From positions 288,001-352,000 of the forward strand of contig CAWHVC010000003.1 in NCBI GenBank assembly GCA_963832745.1: a stretch of 64,000 nt of DNA. Reading direction: 5' to 3'. The DNA is from Candidatus Bathyarchaeota archaeon (GTDB lineage Archaea; Thermoproteota; Bathyarchaeia; Bathyarchaeales; Bathycorpusculaceae). A program made the position numbers and the translations under genes. Shown piece by piece: positions 51,109 to 59,751 of the stretch (position 1 is the stretch's first letter; each line of letters opens with the position of its first letter). The notes beneath the pieces were generated by a model. That model ran no database searches and was not told the origin of the DNA. It saw only the letters and a program-made list of their open reading frames with translations.

Positions 51109-51738
51109 ATGGCTTTAACGCTTAAAAAACTGATAATTACAACTGCTGATAAAAAAGCGCCGGGACCATCAACAACTTTTACGCCATTCCACATTTACTG
51201 CGCTTTGGAGCTTCTCTCAAAGGAAGCATTAGGAAGAAACAAACTTGCGAGCAAACTTGGTGTTGGGGACGGCGCAGTTAGAACCATTATTAGCCGCTTG
51301 AAAGATGCAGAATTAATTTCGAACACTAAAGAAGGCTGCATGTTAACTCAGAAAGGACAAGAAGTTTGGCGACAGTTTGAGCAAGTCTTCCCTAAAAGAG
51401 CAGAAATACCTAAAACTGAACTGACAACTTCAGAGTTCAACTATGCATTTATGGTTAAAGACCGTGGAGACAAAATCAAGTCAGGAATTGACCAGCGTGA
51501 CGCAGCAATAATTGCGGGAGCAAAACGGGCAATTGTTCTTGTAGGTGACCATGGATGCTTGCATGTTGCATCAGTAGACCAATGTATAGAGCAAGAGTAT
51601 CCAGCTGCTACGGCTGAAATCTTAAAAAAAGTGGCGCCCCAAAGCAGTAAAGACGTAATCATAATTGCTGGGGCAGAAACGCCGGTAAAAGCCAAAACGG
51701 GAGCTTTCGCGGCGGCTTGGTCACTGCTTGACGCCTAA
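51109..51738 (+). CDS. Winged-helix protein (DUF4443/DUF2111-like)
   Basis: GRNKLASKLGVGDGAVRT, G..LT.KG, GIDQRDAAI..GA. Confidence 0.8.
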   Translation: MALTLKKLIITTADKKAPGPSTTFTPFHIYCALELLSKEALGRNKLASKLGVGDGAVRTIISRLKDAELISNTKEGCMLTQKGQEVWRQFEQVFPKRAEIPKTELTTSEFNYAFMVKDRGDKIKSGIDQRDAAIIAGAKRAIVLVGDHGCLHVASVDQCIEQEYPAATAEILKKVAPQSSKDVIIIAGAETPVKAKTGAFAAAWSLLDA

Positions 51739-51751
51739 ACCCATGTTTAGG

Positions 51752-52546
51752 TCAGGTTGTGTATTTTTCTCCACTCATAAAAATGCGTTCAAGCACAGTG
51801 TTAACGTTAGTCATGCCATCGTTGGTTTTTGATGAAACCGGCATAAGCATGAACTTCATGCCTAATTGATTAATGGCTTTCATCATGTTTCGGCTGAAAA
51901 TGCGTTTAGTACCTTCAAGTTTTTCTTCAATTGCGTCTTCAAGCGCCATGGGGCTGGCTGACCAGTCGGTAATTGCTTTTGCATCTTTTGGGGGGACTAA
52001 ATCGTACTTTGATAGTACATGCAGTTGTGGTTGGAAGAAACGGTTGTAAACTGCAGCGGATAGGAACATGTTTGAAACATAGTTTAACGGGTTAATGGAG
52101 AATACGGCGTCGAAAAGGTAGATTAACGCTTTTGGTTCACGTGTTAGCTCGTTTACGATGTATGGTCCACTAGCTCGGAAAGCGAACAGTTCCATTTGCC
52201 CCGGGGTGTCAACAAGTACAAGGTCAGCGTTTGTTGATTCAATGTCACGAGTCAAGTTTTCAGCCTCGTCAGCAATCAAGTCTGCAGCCATAATCAAAGC
52301 ACCGTTTGGTCCTAAACCGTATTTTTCCATTATATCGCCAACGTCAACATAGTTGCGTACGTCAACATCTGGCGAATATGGAAGTTTTAACGCTCCAGGA
52401 TCCAAGTTAACAACTGCAACATCTTGTTTTGACATTTTAAGCCATTCACTAAAAGCTGCGGTGAAAAGGCTTTTTCCTGAACCTGCTGTTCCAATAATAA
52501 AGGTGAGAGGCATAATTTTTTCACTAACATCAACCTTTTGGCTCAA
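51752..52546 (-). CDS. GPN-loop GTPase
   Basis: GTAGSGKS, NLDPG, YGLGPNGA, DTPGQME. Confidence 0.95.
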   Translation of the reverse strand: MSQKVDVSEKIMPLTFIIGTAGSGKSLFTAAFSEWLKMSKQDVAVVNLDPGALKLPYSPDVDVRNYVDVGDIMEKYGLGPNGALIMAADLIADEAENLTRDIESTNADLVLVDTPGQMELFAFRASGPYIVNELTREPKALIYLFDAVFSINPLNYVSNMFLSAAVYNRFFQPQLHVLSKYDLVPPKDAKAITDWSASPMALEDAIEEKLEGTKRIFSRNMMKAINQLGMKFMLMPVSSKTNDGMTNVNTVLERIFMSGEKYTT

Positions 52547-52586
52547 CAGAGCGTAATAATCTTTTGGTAGTTATTTAGATTTGATA

Positions 52587-53741
52587 TTAAGGTTCCAAAG
52601 AAGGGTTGCCTGCTGCAGGCCCCGTTTGTGGTGTTATCGCTGTTTTTCTTTTCCTATTTCTTTGTATATACCAGAATGCCCCTATGCAGGAGGCGAATGC
52701 TGCTGTTGTGATTAAAAGGATTAGGTAGGTTGGCAACTGTATGACATTTTTTGTGGTGCTTAAAGCTCCAGTGTAAATGTCATTTCCAGACCAGCCCGCT
52801 TGAATAGTATAAAAGCCGCTTGTTTGAGGGTGCCAATTAAATTCATAGCTACCGTCCACGTTTGTAACGGTTGTGCCGATAACTTCCCAAGGTGACATGT
52901 TGATTTTGGCGTAGATTGTCACGGTTTGGTTTTGCAGTTGTGGACTGATTTGACCTTTAATTGTTAGAGTAGAGTTTTCTAGCCTGATTAGAGGCGAAGC
53001 ATCTAAGGACAAGGTGCTCGATTGCATAATGTTAAAGCTTGCCGAAACCTGACCAGGGTCAATTCTTGTTACGCTGTTAAGCGGAATTACTTGAGTTGAA
53101 ACATCTTTATAGTCGTCAGGACATTCGCCTACACGCCATCCTTGTTTCCAGTTTCCACCGGTACATTCAGCCACATAATAGGTTACATTTTGGTATTCCA
53201 CATAGTAGTCTTTGCCTCTGTTTTCAGTAGGCGCATTAGCCAACTGTACACCTATATTCATGTGCTCTTGGTCTTCATAGTAAAATAGTACAACATTTAA
53301 TCCACCTGCTTTCACTATTGAAGCAGCAATATAGGCAAAAAGGTCACAATCACCTTTACCTGCAGCCATGGTTTCCGTGGGGTAATAACCAGGCGTTGTT
53401 TCTTCATAAGTGAGTTGATGAACAAGCATTAAAACACCGTTAACGAAGTCTTCGTCATTGCCATAAATCTGCCAAAGCCTGTCAGCAACGGGTTTAAGCG
53501 CGTAAGGTGTTACGAATTTTGCGAAGTCGTCAGCGGAAGATAAACGGTGGTTTTCGTTTGCGTAATAATCGTTAAGTTGCTTGGGTATTACGACTTCAAG
53601 CTGATACAGGGTTTTGCCGTCGGGCTTGTTTAACAGTTGATAGGATAATTCAGTGTCTTGTGCAAGGCACGCTGGGATAGTTGATAGTAATATGGCGGCA
53701 ATGGCTAATGCAACAGCAGTTTTGACGCAGGTATGTTTCAT
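52587..53741 (-). CDS. Membrane-anchored transglutaminase-like protein with an Ig-like domain
   Basis: Signal peptide; YPTET...GDCD...H...YYVAECT; C-terminal Ig fold and TM helix. Confidence 0.8.
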   Translation of the reverse strand: MKHTCVKTAVALAIAAILLSTIPACLAQDTELSYQLLNKPDGKTLYQLEVVIPKQLNDYYANENHRLSSADDFAKFVTPYALKPVADRLWQIYGNDEDFVNGVLMLVHQLTYEETTPGYYPTETMAAGKGDCDLFAYIAASIVKAGGLNVVLFYYEDQEHMNIGVQLANAPTENRGKDYYVEYQNVTYYVAECTGGNWKQGWRVGECPDDYKDVSTQVIPLNSVTRIDPGQVSASFNIMQSSTLSLDASPLIRLENSTLTIKGQISPQLQNQTVTIYAKINMSPWEVIGTTVTNVDGSYEFNWHPQTSGFYTIQAGWSGNDIYTGALSTTKNVIQLPTYLILLITTAAFASCIGAFWYIQRNRKRKTAITPQTGPAAGNPSLEP

Positions 53742-53824
53742 GGATTCTATGCACTTGGCTAAATTGGGTTAATGGTTTTGTGAAAACCAAACTAATACTT
53801 AAAAAACATATCCCAAATCTGCAC

Positions 53825-54655
53825 CTAATCCATCCTGACTAAAACATCACTGAAAGCTGCAAGAAGACGCTTTAGCATTTCGATTGACCCGTCAAGCAGG
53901 CACTTTGGGTTTGATCTTTCTTGGGCAATTATGGTTAAGTGCAGTTCGATTTGTGGTTTACCGTTTGCGCTGAGCTTAAGCGGATGAGACTTGATATAAA
54001 CGCCCTTGTATTGAGCCATTACTTGGTCAATATACGGCGCCAAAACTGATTCGCCCATTCCTTCCAAAAACAGGCTTCGTTCACAGAAAACCAAGCCGCC
54101 TGTTGCCGCTTTAATTTTTGGCGCTAAGGTTTCATTAAATATTGCTTCCATCTCAGCTGGTACGCCGGGCAGAACAAAAAGGGTTGTTGTGGGCAAATCA
54201 ACTTGTATTCCGGGTGCTGTTCCAATCGGGTTATTAACGAATATACTGCCTTGGGGCAGGATCGCCATTTTTACTCGGGGTTTGGTCATTTCAATGGGGG
54301 TTGGCAAGCCGCGTTTTTTTGCGTACTGGTTGCTTCGTTGCTGAACCATTTCCAGCGCTTGCTGGTTAACTTCGAGCTTGCGGTTTAAGCCTGCAGCTAT
54401 ACCTTCAAGGGTTTTGTCATCAAAAGTTGGCCCTAAACCGCCTGTGGTTATGATAAAGTTGGGTTTGCGAGCTAAAGCTTCTTGGAGCGCTGAGGCGATT
54501 TCTGGGATTAAATCTTGGATTACTGTTACGCGTTTAACGTTGACTGCGTAGGTTGTTGCTTGCTTGGCTAACCAATGTGCGTTTGTGTTTAGAATTTTGC
54601 CGATAAGTAACTCGTTGCCTATGCAGATGATTTCTAAATCAACAGTCAAATCCAA
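53825..54655 (-). CDS. CinA-like molybdopterin-binding domain protein
   Basis: IGNELL.G...NTN, TTGGLGPT.DD.T, NPIGTAPG, LPGVPAEM. Confidence 0.92.
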   Translation of the reverse strand: MDLTVDLEIICIGNELLIGKILNTNAHWLAKQATTYAVNVKRVTVIQDLIPEIASALQEALARKPNFIITTGGLGPTFDDKTLEGIAAGLNRKLEVNQQALEMVQQRSNQYAKKRGLPTPIEMTKPRVKMAILPQGSIFVNNPIGTAPGIQVDLPTTTLFVLPGVPAEMEAIFNETLAPKIKAATGGLVFCERSLFLEGMGESVLAPYIDQVMAQYKGVYIKSHPLKLSANGKPQIELHLTIIAQERSNPKCLLDGSIEMLKRLLAAFSDVLVRMD

Positions 54656-54741
54656 ATCGCCTACTATTAAGTGTAGGCTTAACTGGATGTTTTATAGTGT
54701 TTGCTAAGAAAACGTTAAACACGCTATGGTAAGCGTGGTTT

Positions 54742-54945
54742 TTACTTTTTGCTTAGGTACCATTTAAGGTATTCTTTGCGGCGGTTCTCTTTTAATTCAT
54801 CTTCTGTTTCGTCGCTTGGCCTGTTTCTGTCTCTTAACTCTTCAAGTTCTTGCCCGGTAACTGATAAACCACAGCTTTTACAAACATAAAGCTTGGTTAC
54901 AGGCATATACCGCATTTCTCCACCGCATTCAGGACAATATGTCAT
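54742..54945 (-). CDS. Small zinc-ribbon protein
   Basis: CPECGG...YVCKSCG...EYLKWYL. Confidence 0.8.
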   Translation of the reverse strand: MTYCPECGGEMRYMPVTKLYVCKSCGLSVTGQELEELRDRNRPSDETEDELKENRRKEYLKWYLSKK

Positions 54946-55276
54946 TTCAATGTTCACCGTGGAATTATTACATTTAATCGACTGACCAGACATATTTAGT
55001 CTTCGCTATAAAAACCTGAATCACCCCCTGAAAAAATAAACAACCGCTTAAAAACAGGCTAAACCAACAATTCTTAACCAAGTTTTAAAAACGTCTTAGT
55101 TGAAAAACATCATTAACACCTGCCCCCCTAGTTTCAGAACAATAATTTATTTTTCTCTTATTGTCCACAATTTACTTTTTTAACTAGACCCATGTCCATT
55201 TTTTATGCGATATTATGAACATTTCATAACCAAATTTATATTCTAACACGATAAATATCTAAGAAAGGGAAAAAGA

Positions 55277-55600
55277 ATGCCGCAATTAGACCAATACCTT
55301 TCCAAATATATTGCTGAAAAAGCCGTTACGCTTGAAAAATATGTCCTTGAAGCATCCAACAGTAAGGACGAACACTTCCTATGCATGGAATCTTTTCAAG
55401 GCACACTTCTAGCCACTCAAGACCTAAGAAATTGTGAATTCCTAAGAGATGCAGACATTTTCACTGAGGAAGTCACAATGCTTCGCAATGGCGGACATAA
55501 CAGTTATAGGGTTTTCCGTTTAACGCCAAAAGGAAGAGAACTTGCCGAAGACTTAAAACAAGGCTTGATGAACAAAAAACTGTTCACAACAAGCCTATAA
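55277..55600 (+). CDS. Hypothetical protein with a winged-helix-like wing
   Basis: YRVFRLTPKGRELA. Confidence 0.6.
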   Translation: MPQLDQYLSKYIAEKAVTLEKYVLEASNSKDEHFLCMESFQGTLLATQDLRNCEFLRDADIFTEEVTMLRNGGHNSYRVFRLTPKGRELAEDLKQGLMNKKLFTTSL

Positions 55601-55773
55601 CACACCCTCTTCTTTTTAAAGAGACCCAGATTTAAGGCGTTTTGGCCATAATGTTGGAAAGAAATAAGCGTTGTACTTAAAAAATTATTTAAATATTTTA
55701 TCTGTTTTGGATGTATGAAAAAAATAGTTTGCATGGAAAACCATGCTGTTTGAGAGTTTAATTACGTCCTTGC

Positions 55774-57069
55774 TTATCTTGACGCCATGATGGTGCTTGC
55801 TAAGGGTATTCCTGATGGGCAAACGTATGAGCATGTTCCGCAGCCAATGCAGTCTTTGTTCCAGAGTTTTTCTACTTGTGCTGTGTTGTCTGGCTTCATG
55901 ATTGCGTTGTAGATTAGGATTGGGTGCAGTTTAACTGGGCAGGCAGTGATGCATTTTGCGCAGTGTATGCAGGCTGTTTGTTTTTTGGTTTCTTTGTGTT
56001 TGCTTTCTGAGAAGACGATGATGCTTGAGCTTCGCTTGGTTGTTGGTGATTCTGTTGTTGGAATTGCGTGTCCCATCATGACTCCACCGATGACAACTTG
56101 CCTCACATCAGTCATGTTGATGTTGTTTTGGGTGAAGATGTCACTAATTGGAGTGCCGACTTTAACGAGCAAGTTTTTAGGTTGAGCAATTTCACCGTTT
56201 AGGGCTACTACTCTGCTTATGAGTGGTTCGCCTTCAAAGACAGCGTTTGCGATGGCATTGATTGTTGCAACGTTCTGAACGATGCAGCCCATTTCGTATG
56301 AGCGTTTGTTTGGTGGTGTTTCGTAACCAAATAGTGCTTTTTGAAGTACGCTTGCGTCGCCTTGTTGATATTTGAAGTGACCTGCAACGACGGTTGTGTC
56401 TGGCTCTTTGCCGAAGACTTCTTGCAGTTTTGGTACGGCTTCTACTTTAGATACTTTGGTGGCAACTGTAACTTTGGGGTTCCCCAAAATTTTTCGGATG
56501 ACTTTGACGCCATTTAACAGGTTCTCAGTTTTTTCGATGAGTAAGCGTTCGTCGGCTGTGTCATATGGTTCGCCTTCAGTAGCGTTTACGACCAAGTTTT
56601 TGATTGGGAATTCTGCTGGTGGCGATAGTTTGATGTGTGTTGGAAAACCTGCGCCTCCAAGACCGATGATGCCTGCTTCATGGATTATTTTAAGCAGAGC
56701 GTCTGGTTTTGTGCTTTCAAGTTCTTTTTCGGAGATTGGCGAGAGTGATTTGTCTTTTGTTTTTTTGCCGTCGTTTTCGATGTAGATTGCTTCCATTAAG
56801 GTTTCTGCGCAGTGGCTGTAGATATTGCCTATTTTGACAACTTTGCCTGAGATTGGGCTGTGCACTGGGCTGCTTATGCGTTCTTTTGAGTCAGCAATTT
56901 TTTGACCGATTGCTACTGAGTCACCAACTGCAACTAGGGGAGTGTTTGGCTTCCCTGTGTGCTGGTTTATGATGACTATAGCAGTTTTGGGGTCTGGGAA
57001 GATTTCGATGGGTGCTACGCGTGCTTGTTCTTTGTGTTCTTTTATATGTTCATATGGCATTTTGTTCAT
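55774..57069 (-). CDS. rnfC: RnfC/RsxC-like electron transport subunit
   Basis: QHTG, HSPISGKV, GIIGLGGAGFPT..KL, N..E.EP...D, GG-like GVMMG, two 4Fe-4S motifs (CIHCAKC..ACP; CIGCGTCSYVCP). Confidence 0.9.
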   Translation of the reverse strand: MNKMPYEHIKEHKEQARVAPIEIFPDPKTAIVIINQHTGKPNTPLVAVGDSVAIGQKIADSKERISSPVHSPISGKVVKIGNIYSHCAETLMEAIYIENDGKKTKDKSLSPISEKELESTKPDALLKIIHEAGIIGLGGAGFPTHIKLSPPAEFPIKNLVVNATEGEPYDTADERLLIEKTENLLNGVKVIRKILGNPKVTVATKVSKVEAVPKLQEVFGKEPDTTVVAGHFKYQQGDASVLQKALFGYETPPNKRSYEMGCIVQNVATINAIANAVFEGEPLISRVVALNGEIAQPKNLLVKVGTPISDIFTQNNINMTDVRQVVIGGVMMGHAIPTTESPTTKRSSSIIVFSESKHKETKKQTACIHCAKCITACPVKLHPILIYNAIMKPDNTAQVEKLWNKDCIGCGTCSYVCPSGIPLASTIMASR

Positions 57070-58254
57070 CTCCCAAATGGCTTATGGATTCCTACACGGT
57101 CTAACAGTGGCACTGTAAAGTTCATGATTAACAGTGCAAGCAGTGAGCCTCCGAAGAAGTTCATGTATGTCTGAATAATCACGGTCAGTACACCTAAACC
57201 GATGCCGAAGATTATCTGCCCGGTTCCCGTAAACGGAGTTGTAGCCGGATCAGTAGCCATGAAGAATCCTAAGAATATTGAGCTTCCTATAAAGACTTCG
57301 AATAGTATGCGCACTAATGCGTCTCCGCCGTAGATTCCAGTCATGATAAGTGACATTACAACAATGCTTGCGAAGTATGTTCCAGTGATTTTCCATTTGA
57401 AGTAGTTGCGTGCAAGTAGAATTAAGGCGACACCAACGATAATAACTGCTAAGCTTGATGCGCCACCTGTCCATCCGTGATACTTTGACTAAACCATTAG
57501 AGAATTAACATCTCCAAGAGAGCTTGGTGGGATGGGTTAGAGTAGCAACCTTGCAGATAACCTCCGAATGACGATATACCATTACCGCCTATCACTGTAT
57601 CCATTCCTAATGGTCCTGCGAGGTTTGGAACACTTAAACCGCCGGTTCCATCGGCGGATATGCTGCCCAGTGATCTTTAGCGAGAAATACTGAACCAATG
57701 AATGGCAATAGAACTAAGAATTTAGCGGCTGCAGCAGGGTTTACGAATTTGCGTCCTTTCATTCCTTGAAGTTTCTTGAATACGACAAGACCAATGAATG
57801 AGATTAAGGCTACATATAAGAAGCATCCAGGGGCAGTTAATGTATCAATGGGCATAATATCGTTGGCTTGTGCCATCTGAGGTAGACCGATCGAGTAGGA
57901 GAGAGTTACAATTAAGCCGAAAACTGCTGCTGACATCGTGTTTATTTCACTATCAGCGGCAACTTTTCCGATAATAAAATCGCTTAATACAGCTATTCCG
58001 ACAGCAATTAAAGCGTTTAGCAGAACGATAGCGCCAAGAGGCATAGCCATAGCGTTAGTCAAGCCAAGAGCTGAGATTTGTCCTTCTGTGGGCGCCATGA
58101 CTGGCCACCACAGAACAGCGGTGATAATGGTGATTGCCATCAAAGCAGCGAAAGTGTAGGTCATCAGTCGAGTTTTAGACATTGCACCAGTAATTTGTGG
58201 GGGTGATGAAACAACCAAATCTTTGGGTTTTTCAACAGAGGGTTGATTAGTCAT
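57066..58254 (-). CDS. rnfD: RnfD/NqrB-like membrane subunit, broken by several frameshifts at 57490-57660
   Basis: SSPP, S.AVFGL, KK..G..G..FVNPA, FFMATDP.TTP, ALLIMN..VPLLD; stop overlaps the rnfC start. Confidence 0.82.
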
Positions 58255-58586
58255 TTAAGTAACCTCTTACAATAGAGTGACAATTTAACCCCATTAAATA
58301 TTAAACTCTTTCGGAAAAATCAAAACTTAAAATTTTTTTGATTAAATTTTCATTTAAATCTTAAAAAACTGTGGAAAACAGGTTTTTTCTGCTTTAAAGA
58401 CATTAAAAAGCTTAAGTTATCAACATAGATTTCAAATTCACCCTTATTTCATGTAAAAATTACTGAAAAAACTCGTCAAACCTCTTTTTTAAGCAGATAC
58501 TGGTTTAAAGAAAAAATGCGGGGGTTTTCGCTTTTTACAGGAAATTTTATATCGATAAAGTTTGATGTTAATAGCTCGTGATTTAA

Positions 58587-59693
58587 TTGGCTCAAAACAG
58601 CAGACCACCCTTGTACATGGTAACTTGGCGTTGTACAAGGCGATGTGTAGGCAACTGCCTTTACTGCAGTTACGTACCTAAATTTGCCAAAGACACCGAA
58701 GTAAGCACTGAAGTGGGCAAAAAAATTGTTGATGAAATGCACAACTTTGGCGCTAAATGGTTCGGCATCAGCGGCGGAGAACCACTATGCCGCGAAGACA
58801 TCTTCGAAATTATTGAACATGCCAAAAAAACGTATGGCATGGAAGTAAGTTTAATCACAAGCGGATTTGCTTTTGACCAAAAACGTTTAGACCTCCTAAC
58901 AAAATATGAGGTCCACACTGCCGTAAGCATCGACGGAGATAAAGCTGCAAACGATACTGTTAGAGGACAAGGCAGCTATGATAAAGCAACCTATGCTATG
59001 AAGAAACTTGGCGAAAGAGGTCTACTTGACTGCGTTGTTACAACCATGAACAAGTACAACATAAACGTGCTTGAACACACTTGCCAACTCGCAGCTGAAT
59101 ATGGCGGCAAAATGGTTGTTTATCACAATCTTGTCCCCGTCGGAAGAGCAAGCGACAACATGCTGGATTTAGCTCCAACAGCAGACCAGTATGAAGTAGC
59201 ACTTAACCAACTTTACGATTACGAAATAAAATACAACCACAACAAGAAAAACAACAACTTCCGAGTAAACGTTTACTCACCATTCTATGCAAGAATCGTA
59301 AAACAGAGAAACCCAGCAAGATTCTGGGACTGGTTCACCAACGAATTCCTTGGCAAATGCACTATCGGCGGAGACTACATCGGAGTAACCGAAAATGGTG
59401 ACTATCGACCATGCGGTTTCCATGAAGGCTACCGTTTAGCCAACGTCAAAGACAAGCCATTAAAGCAAGCTTGGGATGAACTTCAAACAAACCCACTACA
59501 CCTTAAACTGAGAGACAAGAGCCAAATTAAGGGTAAATGCGGAATTTGTGAGTACCGAGAAATCTGTGGTGGATGCAGAACACGCGCTGAATTCTACACT
59601 GGCGACTTGTTTGAGTCAGACCCAGCATGTGCATACATTCCAAAGGCGTTGCGTGAAAATCCCAATCTGCTTAAAGAAATGCAGCAACAGTAG
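58587..59693 (+). CDS. Radical SAM/SPASM protein (NirJ/AhbC/D-like)
   Basis: CVGNCLYC, SGGEP, SIDG...RG, SPASM CTIG...PC...KCGICEYREICGGCR.RA...DP.C. Confidence 0.9.
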   Translation: MAQNSRPPLYMVTWRCTRRCVGNCLYCSYVPKFAKDTEVSTEVGKKIVDEMHNFGAKWFGISGGEPLCREDIFEIIEHAKKTYGMEVSLITSGFAFDQKRLDLLTKYEVHTAVSIDGDKAANDTVRGQGSYDKATYAMKKLGERGLLDCVVTTMNKYNINVLEHTCQLAAEYGGKMVVYHNLVPVGRASDNMLDLAPTADQYEVALNQLYDYEIKYNHNKKNNNFRVNVYSPFYARIVKQRNPARFWDWFTNEFLGKCTIGGDYIGVTENGDYRPCGFHEGYRLANVKDKPLKQAWDELQTNPLHLKLRDKSQIKGKCGICEYREICGGCRTRAEFYTGDLFESDPACAYIPKALRENPNLLKEMQQQ

Positions 59694-59751
59694 ATAAATC
59701 AACTTTTTTCTTCTTTTACTTTTTAGTCAATTTTCAAAAAGTAGAAATTAT

